NCBI GenBank assembly: GCA_963836075.1
Contig: CAWIIB010000001.1
Location: 1,280,001-1,344,000, forward strand
Direction: 5' to 3'
DNA: 64,000 nucleotides
Origin: an uncultured Acidobacteriota bacterium
GTDB lineage: Bacteria > Acidobacteriota > JAQAZP01
In this document: piece after piece, positions 19,877 through 31,900 of the stretch
Layout: every line of letters starts with the position of its first letter
Numbering within the stretch: position 1 is the stretch's first letter
Notes under the pieces: generated by a model
The model's database searches: none
What the model was told of the DNA's origin: nothing
What the model saw: the letters and a program-made list of their open reading frames with translations, nothing else
Made by a program: the position numbers and the translations under genes

Positions 19877-21388
<1,512 letters not shown>

Positions 21389-21415
21389 ACCGGACCATTT
21401 GATCAGACTTTCTGA

Positions 21416-21447
21416 TGCCGGCCCCGCCAGGGGCCGGCATTTTTTTA
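21416..21447 (+). terminator. Intrinsic terminator after gdhA
   Basis: ATGCCGGCCCC-GCCA-GGGGCCGGCAT followed by a T-run. Confidence 0.9.
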
Positions 21448-21488
21448 GCCCATTGCAAACGTCAATTGGGCGGTTGACGGGCAAGGCG

Positions 21489-21633
21489 TTGACTTGCCCC
21501 CGGGTCGATGGGTAAAATTCACTGTTATTGAAAAAACACCATGTCACGAGGTTATTCACCGATCGCCGTCCCTTCTCCGGACGGGTGGTGATCGCGGGTC
21601 ACCGGCATTCTGGCAGGGGCCGGTGGCTTTTTT
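21489..21633 (+). promoter_or_regulatory. Promoter plus structured leader ending in a terminator-like hairpin upstream of the PPIase
   Basis: TTGACT-18-TAAAAT; hairpin 21560-21594; hairpin CACCGGC...GCCGGTG followed by GCTTTTTT. Confidence 0.5.
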
Positions 21634-21653
21634 CATGCCCCAAGGAGAGCGAA

Positions 21654-22724
21654 ATGAACAAGGGTCTGATCTACACATTCCTCATCACCGCCTGCTGCCT
21701 GCTGGCGGTGGGTTGCGGCGGTTCCGGCGAAGAAGCGGTGGATACAACTGCCGGCGACACCACGGTTGGCGAAGAGGCCGTCCCGGCGCCCCCGGTCAAC
21801 CCCCTTGAGGGGCTGGAGCCGGAGGCCGTGGTGGCCACGGTGAACGGCACCGAAATCACCCGGGCCCAGGTGGACAAGAAAATCGGTGAAATGGCGCAGC
21901 AGTTCCGGGGCCAGATTCCTCCGGGCATGGAAGGCCAGATGGCGCAACAGGCCCTGGGCAACATAGTGGACCAGCAGTTGCTGCTGGAAGCGGCAGCCGC
22001 GGAAGGGGTGGCGGCAGCAGAGGAGGATATCCAGGGGCAGTATGACCAGTTTGCCGCCCGGGCGCCCAGCCCGGAGGAATTCCAGAACGCCCTCACTTCC
22101 ATGGGTTTCAACGAGGAAACTTTCCGGGCTGAAATCGGCAAAAACCTGACCATTGAAAAGCTGCTCACCGACAAGCTGGCCAACGCCAAGGAAGTGACCC
22201 AGGAAGACGTGGAAGCCTACTACCGTGACAACGCGGACCAGTTCCAGGTGGCGGAGCAGGTCCAGGCCAGCCACATCCTGCTCGGCACCACGGCCGAAGA
22301 CACCCAGGAAGCCAAGGATGCCAAACGGCAGCAACTGGAAGACCTGAAGACTGAGATCGACAACGGCGCCGACTTTGCCGCCCTGGCCACCGAACACTCC
22401 GACTGCCCCAGCAAGACCCGGGGCGGCGACCTGGGCCCGTTCACCAGGGAACGGATGGTCAAACCGTTCTCCGATGCCGCCTTCGCCATGGAGGTGGGCC
22501 AGGTGAGCGACGTGGTGGAGACCCAGTTCGGCTACCACCTGATCAAGGTGACCGACAAGACGGCGCCCAGCACTCGGCCGCTGGAAGAAGTTCAGGACCA
22601 GGTGGAGACATTCCTCGACCGGCAGAACAAGGAAGCCGCCTTCAACGCCTACATGGATACGCTGCGCGCAGCCGCCGAGCTGGACTACACCGAGGGGTTC
22701 CAGCCCGCTCCCGCTGCATCCTGA
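21654..22724 (+). CDS. Peptidyl-prolyl cis-trans isomerase (PpiC/parvulin, SurA/PrsA-like lipoprotein)
   Basis: Lipobox LAVGC; VATVNG; VQASHIL, DFAALA..HSDCPS..GGDLG, MVKPF, ETQFGYHLIKV. Confidence 0.93.
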   Translation: MNKGLIYTFLITACCLLAVGCGGSGEEAVDTTAGDTTVGEEAVPAPPVNPLEGLEPEAVVATVNGTEITRAQVDKKIGEMAQQFRGQIPPGMEGQMAQQALGNIVDQQLLLEAAAAEGVAAAEEDIQGQYDQFAARAPSPEEFQNALTSMGFNEETFRAEIGKNLTIEKLLTDKLANAKEVTQEDVEAYYRDNADQFQVAEQVQASHILLGTTAEDTQEAKDAKRQQLEDLKTEIDNGADFAALATEHSDCPSKTRGGDLGPFTRERMVKPFSDAAFAMEVGQVSDVVETQFGYHLIKVTDKTAPSTRPLEEVQDQVETFLDRQNKEAAFNAYMDTLRAAAELDYTEGFQPAPAAS

Positions 22725-22735
22725 TCGACTGAGCG

Positions 22736-22769
22736 CCGGTATCCGGGTCCGCCAGGGTCCGGATACCGG
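22736..22769. terminator. Hairpin between convergent PPIase and rnd
   Basis: CCGGTATCCGG...CCGGATACCGG 11-bp inverted repeat. Confidence 0.65.
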
Positions 22770-22774
22770 TTCCT

Positions 22775-23911
22775 TCACCGCTGATCGAACCGTTCCGGCA
22801 GACCCGCCAGCTCCCGCCCCACGAATTTGAGACGCCAGCCGCGCAGCAACCGGTGCTCCTCTGCTCGCGCTCCGGCCCCTTGGGCAAACAGCGCCTTGAC
22901 CTCCGCCCGCGTGGCCACCAGCGCCGGATCGATCCCCTGCTGCTCCGCGGCCGATCGCAACAGCTTCAGCCCCTGCTCCACCAGCGGTCCGGGAACACCG
23001 TTCTTCCGCCGGTTCGGCATTGGGGATGGATAGTCGCCGGGGTCGAGGGCCAGCCCGGTTTCCACCGCCTGCAGGATGGCCGTTCCCGAACGCCGGGCGG
23101 TGCGGTCACTCACCCGTCCCTTGCCGGTGAGGGAGCGGGTCGTGCGCGGCTGGACCCGGGCCAGGTGGACCAGGGTCTTGTCGGCCAGCACCCGCCCGCG
23201 GGGGCGGTCCCGCAGCCGGGCCGTCTCCTCGCGCCAGGCGGCCAGCTCGCGCAAAACGGCCAGTTCGCGACCGGTCAACCGGCCGATGCCCTTGATCCGC
23301 GTGAACTGCTGGCGCGGGTCCCGGTCCTCGTATGCCGCGGGATCGTCGAAGCCTTTCAGTTCCTCGTTCAACCAGCGGGCCACACCCCGGTCCTTCGCTC
23401 GACGCAGCAGCTCGCCACGGGCCCTGTGGAGGTGCCGCACGTCGTCCTCGGCGTAGGACACCTGCCGCCTGGTGAGCGGCCGTTTCAGCCAGTCGGCGCG
23501 GGTCTCGGTCTTGGGCAGGCGGATGTCGAAGAGGTCAACCAGCAGGTTGCCCAGCGAGGTGGTGGAATCGAGGCCGGCAAAGCCGGCGGCGCAGCGGGTG
23601 TCAAAGATGTTACGGGGTGAGGATCCGGACGCTCGGCGGAGGATGGCCAGGTCCTGTGGTGCATCGTGCAGGATCTTCACCACCCGCCGGGAGGCCAGCA
23701 GTCGCCCCAGCGGCCGCAGGCCCCCGGGTTCGAAACCGCCGATGGCCGGCGCGTCCACCAGCAGGCAGCTGCCGTTGGCCAGGCCCAGTTGCACCACGCC
23801 CAAACGGGGGTAGAAGGTCCGCTCCCAGAAGAACTCGGTGTCCAGCGCCACGCTGCCTATGCGCATGATGATGCCCACCAGTTCCTCCAGTTCAGCTCTG
23901 GTGTCGATCAT
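22775..23911 (-). CDS. rnd: Ribonuclease D
   Basis: ALDTEF, LGVVQL, KILH, IFDT, ADWLKRPL, YAEDDV; HRDC domain (LAAWRE..AR..D.P). Confidence 0.9.
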   Translation of the reverse strand: MIDTRAELEELVGIIMRIGSVALDTEFFWERTFYPRLGVVQLGLANGSCLLVDAPAIGGFEPGGLRPLGRLLASRRVVKILHDAPQDLAILRRASGSSPRNIFDTRCAAGFAGLDSTTSLGNLLVDLFDIRLPKTETRADWLKRPLTRRQVSYAEDDVRHLHRARGELLRRAKDRGVARWLNEELKGFDDPAAYEDRDPRQQFTRIKGIGRLTGRELAVLRELAAWREETARLRDRPRGRVLADKTLVHLARVQPRTTRSLTGKGRVSDRTARRSGTAILQAVETGLALDPGDYPSPMPNRRKNGVPGPLVEQGLKLLRSAAEQQGIDPALVATRAEVKALFAQGAGARAEEHRLLRGWRLKFVGRELAGLPERFDQR

Positions 23912-24687
23912 GGTGCGCCCACCCGTTCCAGGGCCGTGCGCAGGGCCCGGGCCTCGTCGCGAAGCGAGGCGGCCGCGGCCAGGGTATCGGCATCATCGTG
24001 ATGAGCAACGGCCGTCACCGGTGCCGCCGTGTCGTCGGGGTTGCCCAGCCCGCTGTCCCGCTGGCCGCGCAGGCAGTCGAGAATGGCATCGCGGATCTCA
24101 CCGGCCCGGTCCACGCCACGGAAGAACCCGAGGTGCATGTTTGCCGACTTGCTCTGCTGCTTGCCGCCCTGGCCCCCCGACTCACCACCCCCGCCGCCGG
24201 CGGTCCGCACCTGCAGGTCGGCGATGCCGAAAAACCGCTGCAGCGGCCCCTGGCGGATGGAGAGGTTCTGGATGTTGGCAAAGGTCATGGTCTGCTCGCG
24301 AACGGTGAGCAGGCCTTCACGGATCCGCAGGCTGGTGTCGGTGATCATGTACCAGCGGTAGCGGTAGTCGAGATCGACCATCATGAAGGTAAAGGGCATT
24401 TGCAGGAGGAAGAGGGCCACACCCAGCGCTTCGAACAACTGGATCATGTTGTGGCCCATGGTAAAAAACGGACCGAACTGAATCCGGTCGAGGACGAAGT
24501 AGTAGCCGGCGGCGATACCGATGGCCGTCCCCAGCTGGCTCAGGCCCCACTGGAGCAGCCGGTAGCGGTAGAACCCCCGGGCGGCATTGAAGACCTGCAC
24601 CGAACCGGGATCGCCCGCCGGGGGCTGAGGCCGGGACGGAACCCGGAGAAGGCGGGTGACCAGGCTCTTGATCCGGCTCTCAGCCAT
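23908..24687 (-). CDS. Membrane protein with bacterial PH domain (YdbS/YdbT-like)
   Basis: Two TM helices, then YRWY.ITD.SLRIREG...IQNLSIRQGPLQRFFGIADLQVRTAGG. Confidence 0.85.
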   Translation of the reverse strand: MAESRIKSLVTRLLRVPSRPQPPAGDPGSVQVFNAARGFYRYRLLQWGLSQLGTAIGIAAGYYFVLDRIQFGPFFTMGHNMIQLFEALGVALFLLQMPFTFMMVDLDYRYRWYMITDTSLRIREGLLTVREQTMTFANIQNLSIRQGPLQRFFGIADLQVRTAGGGGGESGGQGGKQQSKSANMHLGFFRGVDRAGEIRDAILDCLRGQRDSGLGNPDDTAAPVTAVAHHDDADTLAAAASLRDEARALRTALERVGAP

Positions 24688-25216
24688 CGTCTCCCTCCCT
24701 CGCGTCGCGCTGCTCCAGCAGCCGGCGGATGGCCCGCAGTTCCCCGGCCGTCTGGTCCAGCAGCTCGGCCAGACCCGGCGTGGGGGAGCCCGGCTCCCTG
24801 CTCTCCCCGCTCCCGGGATCGCGCATCCCCCGGGCGCCGCGCATCCGGGTGTAGAGGAAATCGCGCAGCTGATCGTACTCCAGGATCCCCTCGACGGTCA
24901 TCTCCGCCTTGGCGCTGCCGCTGGCCGTCTGGATCTGGATCCGGGCCAGGCCGAGCCATCGTTCGACAAAGTTGCTCACCAGGTGGATGTCCTGGACCCG
25001 GGCATAGGTCAGGTTGATCTCCTTGCGAAAGAGGATGCCCCAGCGCATGGAGACGCCCTCCTCGCCGAAACGGTAGCGCATGGTGTGGTAGCGGAACCAG
25101 AGCGGGAGAATCACGAAGGGAAACAGCGGCCCGGTGACCAGGGCCGACATCAGGTAGTAACTCCACAGTTTCGGGTGGGGCCGTTCGATGGCGGTGATGG
25201 GCTGTTGATCAGTCAT
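24680..25216 (-). CDS. Membrane protein with bacterial PH domain (YdbS-like)
   Basis: TM region, then RYRF.EEGV..RWGILFRKE..L.YARVQDI...ERWLGLA.I.IQTASG. Confidence 0.85.
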   Translation of the reverse strand: MTDQQPITAIERPHPKLWSYYLMSALVTGPLFPFVILPLWFRYHTMRYRFGEEGVSMRWGILFRKEINLTYARVQDIHLVSNFVERWLGLARIQIQTASGSAKAEMTVEGILEYDQLRDFLYTRMRGARGMRDPGSGESREPGSPTPGLAELLDQTAGELRAIRRLLEQRDAREGDDG

Positions 25217-27660
25217 GGCTCCTCCCTGCCCGGCAGGTCCAGTTGCACCAGGCTGCCGCCCAGCTGAGCTGCATGGGCGGGGTGACAGGTAAAGATGATG
25301 GTCTGGCGCTCGGTGGAAAACTCGCCGATCACGTCCGCCGCGGCGGCCTGCCGCCCGGGGTCCATGTCCACCATCGGATCGTCGAGAACCAGGAATCCGT
25401 CCGCGGCTCGCAGAAAATAGCGGGCCATGGACAACCTGATGGCCAGGCCCATCCCGGCGCGGGTCCCCATGGAAAGCAGGTGGGCCGGGATCGCCGTGCC
25501 GTCAGGCAGACGGGCGCCGCCGGCTTCGGTGCTGCCCACTCCCTGGTAGCGTCCGACGGTGAGCCGGGGCACCACCCGCTCCAGTTCCTCGATCCAGGGG
25601 TCCATTGTCTCACTGTCCAGGGATGACCGGACATGGATGAATGCCTCCCGTATCCGGTCCACCGCCTCCGCCTCCCGCAGCACCCGCTGGTCCGCCGCAA
25701 TCGCGTCCCGCAGAGCGGCCTCCGCCTCCTCCAGGGTTTCCAGCGGCCCCCGGGACTGGAGTTCCAGCTGATCCATCTTCAATTGCGTCAGTTCCTCACT
25801 GTGCTGCCGGTGTTCGGCCTGACAGGTCTGGAAACGGTGGACAAAACCGCCGGGGTCCTCCGCCCCTTCCGGCAACGGTGTCAGGGCGGCCAGTTGCTCC
25901 TCCGCGGTCTTCAGAGCGGACCGTTTTTCCACCAGGAGGTCCAGCAGGTGGTCAATCGATCCGTATTCGGATTGCCAGGCGGACAGCTGTTGCCGCTTCC
26001 CCCCGGCCAGCCCTTCGATCTCCCTGATCTCGCCGGCGGTGCGGCCCTGTTCCCGGGCGATCACCTCCACCGGCCGGTGGCCGCCGTTCTCCGAACCCCT
26101 CGGGGCCCGCTCCCGCAGGCCCTCCAAGGTCTCGCCGTCGAGCGCCGTGTCCAGCCGCTGACGGCAGGTCTCCACGGTGCGCTCGGCGGCCGCCGCGGCC
26201 GCCCGGGCCGCCTCGGCGTCGGCCAGGGAGAAGACCCCCAGAGCTTCGAGACGGGATGCGAATTCCTCCGTGAGACGATCGTAGTCCCGGCGCAGATCAC
26301 CCGCAGCGGCATCCCCGCTGCTCACCGCCAGCGCCCACTCCGGATGGTCGAGGCTGATCTGCCCGCCGGCCTCCAGTTCGAGGGTTTGACCGTCAGCCAG
26401 CCGGTGCTCCGCGGCGTCATCGAGATCGCAGCGGGAGATCAGTTCCAATGCGCCCTTCGGAGTGAGGGACAGCGTGATCCGGCCGGCCCGCAGACCGGCG
26501 GTCAGTTGCTGGAGTTCATGGTGCAGGGCAACCGCCGCCCGGAAGTCCTCCTCCCCCACCACCCGCAGACCGGCCAGGGCATCGCTCGCCTCGCGCCAGG
26601 CCTTCTCTTCCCTCTCGGCCCGCTCCAGTTTCTCCGCATCCTGCCGCTGGGCCGCCGCCGCTCCAGCCTGTTCCAGTTCTTCGTCCAGCCCGGTGCAGGC
26701 CTCGGCCAGCGCGTCCCGCCGGTGGACCAACCCTTTCAGTTCCTCTTCCATGGCCGGCCAGGCGGTGGTAATCCCCCGCAGGGTCTCCTGCTCCTGTTCC
26801 AGAGCCTGCCGCTCCAGCTCCTGCACCGTGCGGCGGCGGGCGTCCTCGGCCGCCTGACGGTTTTCGTCGAGAAACGCCGCCAGCCGCTCTGTTTCGGCGG
26901 CCAGACGGTTCAGACGCTGATTTATCTGGTCCAGCTGCTGTTCGTGCTCCAGCGCCAGGTCCCGGGCGCGCCGCGCCCGCTCACGGTCATAGTAGGCCTG
27001 GAGGATGCGCCCCACTTCGCGGCGATAGGGGGTGTCGATCCCCCGGTTGTTCTCCGGCCGGTTCAGTTCCCGGTCCCAGCGCCGGTAACAGGCTGTGTAC
27101 CGCTCCTCGATGGCCTGCTCCAGCCGCTCGATGGATATGCCGTCGGTTTCAAACACCGCCCGGCGCAGAATTGCGGCCAGGTCGGTCACCGGTTCGCCAC
27201 CAGACTCCAGGCCGGTCAGCGCATCGGCCACCGCCGCCTGACCGGCGAAGAGCACCGAACGCCAGGTACCCTCCCGGATCCCCAGCAAACGGCTCAGCGT
27301 CTCCTGCACCGCATCGTCACCGGCCAGCAGGTTGCCGTCGGGCAGCAGGAGTTCGGACCGTGCCCCTTCACCCCAGGCCCGGGACAACCGGTACCCGCCG
27401 GGGGCGTCCCCCGCGATGGTGAAGTCGAGTTCCGCGCGTATGGTGTCGCCTCCGCCCAGGGGCATGAAGGGGGCCACTTCCTTTTCGAAACGGCGCTTGC
27501 CGCAGGTGGCCGGGGTGAACAGCAGCAACCGCAGGGCCGCCATCAGCGTGCTCTTGCCGGCCTCATTCGGTCCCAGCACCACGGTGAGATCCGGGTGAAA
27601 CTCCACCGTCCGGTCGGCAATGCCGGCAAAGGGAGAGAGCCGCAGGCGGGTGATGATCAT
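25213..27660 (-). CDS. SMC/Rad50-like coiled-coil ATPase (YhaN/SbcC-like)
   Basis: Walker A GPNEAGKST, long coiled coil, signature LSMGTR, Walker B LVLDDP..DMD, FTCH; no CxxC zinc hook seen. Confidence 0.88.
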   Translation of the reverse strand: MIITRLRLSPFAGIADRTVEFHPDLTVVLGPNEAGKSTLMAALRLLLFTPATCGKRRFEKEVAPFMPLGGGDTIRAELDFTIAGDAPGGYRLSRAWGEGARSELLLPDGNLLAGDDAVQETLSRLLGIREGTWRSVLFAGQAAVADALTGLESGGEPVTDLAAILRRAVFETDGISIERLEQAIEERYTACYRRWDRELNRPENNRGIDTPYRREVGRILQAYYDRERARRARDLALEHEQQLDQINQRLNRLAAETERLAAFLDENRQAAEDARRRTVQELERQALEQEQETLRGITTAWPAMEEELKGLVHRRDALAEACTGLDEELEQAGAAAAQRQDAEKLERAEREEKAWREASDALAGLRVVGEEDFRAAVALHHELQQLTAGLRAGRITLSLTPKGALELISRCDLDDAAEHRLADGQTLELEAGGQISLDHPEWALAVSSGDAAAGDLRRDYDRLTEEFASRLEALGVFSLADAEAARAAAAAAERTVETCRQRLDTALDGETLEGLRERAPRGSENGGHRPVEVIAREQGRTAGEIREIEGLAGGKRQQLSAWQSEYGSIDHLLDLLVEKRSALKTAEEQLAALTPLPEGAEDPGGFVHRFQTCQAEHRQHSEELTQLKMDQLELQSRGPLETLEEAEAALRDAIAADQRVLREAEAVDRIREAFIHVRSSLDSETMDPWIEELERVVPRLTVGRYQGVGSTEAGGARLPDGTAIPAHLLSMGTRAGMGLAIRLSMARYFLRAADGFLVLDDPMVDMDPGRQAAAADVIGEFSTERQTIIFTCHPAHAAQLGGSLVQLDLPGREEP

Positions 27661-28784
27661 GAGCCGGCACCGCGTATGAGATCGTAGGCCGTCTGCAGCG
27701 CCAGACTATCGCCGTCCGGTCCGGAGAGGCGGTGCAGCAGCCGGTGGGGAAAGGACCCTTCGGTGAACTCCCGGTCGATATCCTCCGCGGTCACTTCGCG
27801 CAGCAGATCGCCGAGGTCGCACTCCAGGTGCAGCACCTGCTCCTGGAGACCGGCGACCAGTTCGCCCCGCCGGTCATGGATGCTCCCCGGCACCCGGCCG
27901 CTCAGTTTCAGTTTGACCAGCGCGGTGTCCCGTGAAAATTCCTCGAACAGTGCCTGCAGGACGGAGAGGTCCTCCTCGCCGGCCAGGACCCGGTCCAGTG
28001 AATGGAACCGGAACCGGCCCGTGGGGACCGACCGGTGGGACACGGAACGATCCGCAGCCAGGTCGATGATCCAGGCGTGACCAGGGTGCGCGCAGTCGAA
28101 CCCGTCCGGTTCGGGGGTGGCGGGAAAGAAGATCCGCGCCCCGCGGCCGCTCTCCTCGTCGGGGAAACGCACGTGGGTGTGCCCCAGCAGCCAGAGATCC
28201 ATCCCGCAGGCTTCCAGTTCCTGCGTGGTCATCGGGTAATAGGAATCGTTCCAGTCGATGGAAAGGCCGCTGACACTGCCGTGGGCCAGGCCGATCCGCA
28301 GCGCACCGCGCTCCTCGCCGGAGGGAGGCGTGATCCAGCCGATGGCATTGGCCGACGAGTGCTTGGCGGTACAGGGGGCCGCGTGGACCACCGCCTCGAT
28401 GTCATAAGGCCCCAGGTCATAGGGCCGGGCCTCACCGAGGAGCAGCGTCCGTTCGCCGCCGGCCTCGCGAAACCAGTTCCAGAGCGTGTCATCCCCGGCC
28501 TGGATGTAGTCGTGATTCCCCGGAAGCACCAGCACCAACCGGCCCTCGAAGGCCCTCAGGATCTCGGCGGCCCGCACCACGTCCCGTTTGGTCACCTGCC
28601 GGTTGTCAAACATGTCGCCGGCCACGGCAAAGAGGGAGCACTGCTCGCGGTTGGCCGTTTCCACCATGCCGGCCAGCGTCTCGAACCTCGCGTCCACCAG
28701 CGCCGCCTGCACCTCGGGCCGGTACCCCCGGGCGAATTTCATTCCCAGGTGCAGGTCTGCCGTGTGAAAGATACGTATGCCCAT
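27657..28784 (-). CDS. Mre11/SbcD-like DNA exonuclease (YhaO-like metallophosphoesterase)
   Basis: HTADLHLG, AGDMFD, LPGNHD, LAHG, LGHTH motifs. Confidence 0.92.
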   Translation of the reverse strand: MGIRIFHTADLHLGMKFARGYRPEVQAALVDARFETLAGMVETANREQCSLFAVAGDMFDNRQVTKRDVVRAAEILRAFEGRLVLVLPGNHDYIQAGDDTLWNWFREAGGERTLLLGEARPYDLGPYDIEAVVHAAPCTAKHSSANAIGWITPPSGEERGALRIGLAHGSVSGLSIDWNDSYYPMTTQELEACGMDLWLLGHTHVRFPDEESGRGARIFFPATPEPDGFDCAHPGHAWIIDLAADRSVSHRSVPTGRFRFHSLDRVLAGEEDLSVLQALFEEFSRDTALVKLKLSGRVPGSIHDRRGELVAGLQEQVLHLECDLGDLLREVTAEDIDREFTEGSFPHRLLHRLSGPDGDSLALQTAYDLIRGAGS

Positions 28785-28895
28785 CTGCTGCGCTCTGCTG
28801 GTTGAGTGGACTGACCGATCGTGCGCTACTCTAAACAAATCGGCGGCGCGGTTCAACACTTCGGCAGCCGAAAGCGTCGAAACCGTACATAATAA

Positions 28896-28930
28896 ACCGG
28901 CGGGACAGAGATCAAACGGCCGTCCCGCCG
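28896..28930 (-). terminator. Terminator downstream of the tricorn protease gene
   Basis: CCGGCGGGAC...GTCCCGCCGG stem followed by TTTATT on the minus strand. Confidence 0.7.
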
Positions 28931-28982
28931 GGATCAAATGTCGAAGACGATATTCGCCAACCTGCCGCCCGGTCACTGCAGA

Positions 28983-31900
28983 CTACTCGTCCTTGAAGGC
29001 CCTGCGGCTCCGGTCACGGATATCCCCGAAATCGGGCTTCAACGGCGGCTGTTCACGGTGCAGGCGCAGCACCTCCTCGATCCCCCGGTCCAGCTGGGCA
29101 TCCACGCCCCGCGCCAGGTCCTGGGGCAGGTTTTCCACCTCGATGTCAGGGTCCACGCCATGGTTCTCCAGTTCCCAACCGTCACGGGGATCCCACCAGG
29201 CGGATTGCGGATTGGTCACCAGCCCTCCGTCGACCAGCGAACGGGCGCCGTAAATACCCACCACACCGCCCCAGGAGCGCATGCCGATCACCGGGGCCAA
29301 CTCGTTGAGCTGTACCGCCTTGGGGAAGATGTCGCCGTCCGAGCCGTTGAACTGGTTCATCAGCACCACGAACGGACCATTGAGCACCCTGTCGGGGTAG
29401 GTGCCGATACCGCCGCCGCGGATCCGCGAATAGGAGAGCAATGGCCGGCGCAGCCGTTCCAGGATCATCTGGGATACGGCCCCGCCGCCGTTCCAGCGGG
29501 TGTCCACCACCATCCCCTCCAGGCCCAGTTGGGGGTAGAACCAGGTGTTGAACTCCACCAGACCGTCGGTCCACATGTCGGGAAGGTGGATGTAGCCCAC
29601 CTTGCCGCCGGTCTTCTCCGCGACGTATTCCCGGTTTCCCCGCACCCAGTGGGAGTAGCGCAGGTCCGCCTCACTGCCCATGGGGGTCACCAGCACCTCA
29701 TGCGACCCGTCCATATCGGGTGTGTCGTTCACCGTGAGCAGGGTGGATCGGCCGGCCATGTTCTCCAGCCAGGCATGGATCGGACGGCGGCCGTCAAAGG
29801 GTACGCGGTTCACCGCCAGGATGTAGTCACCCTCGGCGATGGCCACCCCCGGCCGGTCCAGCGGCGAGCGGACCCGGTCAGGAGCCGATCCGCGGTAGAT
29901 CTTTGCCACCTTGAATGCCTCACCCTCGCGGGTCAGGTCGGCGCCCAGCAGTCCGGTGGACACCCGGGTGGGTCTGACACCCATGTCACCGCCAAAGACG
30001 TAGGTGTGCGAAGTGTTCAACTCGCCGAACATCTGGCCGATCAGGTCGGAGAGGTCTCCGCGGGTGGCCAGCCGCGGCAGCAGCGACGCATACTGGTCCC
30101 GGATCGCCTCCCAGTCCAGCCCGCTCATCTTCTCGTCCCAGTAAAAATCACGCATCCGCCGCCAGGCCTCATAGTACATCTGGGCCCACTCCTCCCGGGG
30201 GTCCATCTGGATCACCATTCCCGAAAGGTCCACCTTGGACTCGGCCAGTGCCGGTCCGGGAGGCGCCGCCGTGCCGGTGACGAAAAGCTCACCGGGGCCT
30301 TTGAGAACAGCTATTTTGGTGCCCTTGGCGGCGATGGTGTAGCCGGAGATTCCCTCGACGAACGGCTTGGCCTCCTTCTTTTTCAGGTCAAAGGTGTGCA
30401 GCGACGCCGTGGGGCCCTCCTCCTGGAACAGGCCCGGCTGCTCAGCCATGCCCCGTTGCGGGACGGTGACGTAAAACAGGTGGCTGCCGGTGGCCCCCAG
30501 GCCGGTGTAGTTTCCACGGTCCACCGGGAGTTCCACCGTTCTGGCCATCAGGCCCGCAGTGTCGATCTTCACCGGGGCCGGCGCTTCATCGTCCTTATCC
30601 TCGCTATCGTCACCGGTTTCCTTGTCTGCCTCGTCATCACCCTCCTCGCCCGCGTCGTCGCCGGCCTCATCCGGTTCTTCCTCCGGGGGAAGACCGGCCG
30701 TGTCCACCAGCGGGTTCTCCACATCTTCGCGGAGCAGCACCATGTAAAGTTTGTCGTTTTTCTGCTCCACGTTGTTCCAGTCGAACTGCCCGAGGAAAGG
30801 ATTTACCGCCCGGGAAGAGGTGTAGTAGAGGTAGCGGCCGTCGGGATCCCAGGCCGGCGAACTGTCGTCGGACCAGTCCCCGGTCACCTGGTGGGTTTTC
30901 TTCTCCACCGTGTCGTAGATGTAAATCGAGGTGTATTCCGAGGGCAGGGTCATGGAGTAGGCCAGCCAGCGGCCGTCGGGGCTCCAGACATACTCCCGGA
31001 TGGCGTAATTGCTGCTGCGGGCCACCTCGGTGGGATCCCCCCCCTCGGCCGGCATGGTGTAGAGCCCCAGGTCGCTGGAGGAGAAAGCCACCAGTTTTCC
31101 GTCCGGCGACCAGGCCGGTGCATAGTGCCAGGCGCTCTTCCCGGCCACCGGCTTGATCACTTCCGGTTCGCCGCGGCCCCAGGCGTCGATCACCCGGAAC
31201 TCATCGTCGCCGGCCTCGTCTGAAGTGTAGATAATCCGTTCGCCCGCGGGGTCGAAGGTGGCTTCCCGCTCCCGCGCCCCGGAACCGCGGGTCACCGGCA
31301 GGGTGACGCCGTCCTCCACCGGAACGGAGAAGATCTCACCCCGGGCCACCACAGCCAACCGGTCCCCTTCGGGGTTCAGTGAGAACCAGTCCATGGATCT
31401 GGCCGGATCGGGATAGCGAACCCGGGTCAGCACCCGGTCGCTGGGCAGCGTGATTTCGACCTTCGCTTCCTTGCCCCGGTCCGGGTCGAAGAGGTGGATG
31501 TCTGCCGCGTGACAAAAAGCGATACGGCCGTCCGGCCCCATGGCCGGCCAGCGGATGTCCCACGTGTCGAATCCGGTGTGCCGTTTGCGGTCCGAACCGT
31601 CAGCGGCCATGGACCAGATATTCACGGTTCCACCCTGGTCGCTGGCAAAGTAGATCCGGCCGCCATGCCACATGGGAAAGGCGTCCATGCCGCCAAAATC
31701 GGTCAGCCTGGTGAAATCACCTTTTTCCGGGTCACCGGCCCAGATGTCGGTGGCCGTCCCACCGCGGTAGCGCTTCCAGTTCCTGGTGTCCCGGGACCGC
31801 CGGTTGAAGGCCCAGGCACCGCTGTCCCGGTCAACGTCGAGACGGGCGGCCCAGCCCAGCGGCAGTTCCTCGGCATCACCGCCCCGCAGGTCCACGGTGA

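Noticed and set aside
30580-30690. Acidic low-complexity repeat-like stretch in the tricorn gene
   Set aside because: It encodes a D/E-rich linker common in bacterial tricorn homologs and is not a DNA repeat array.
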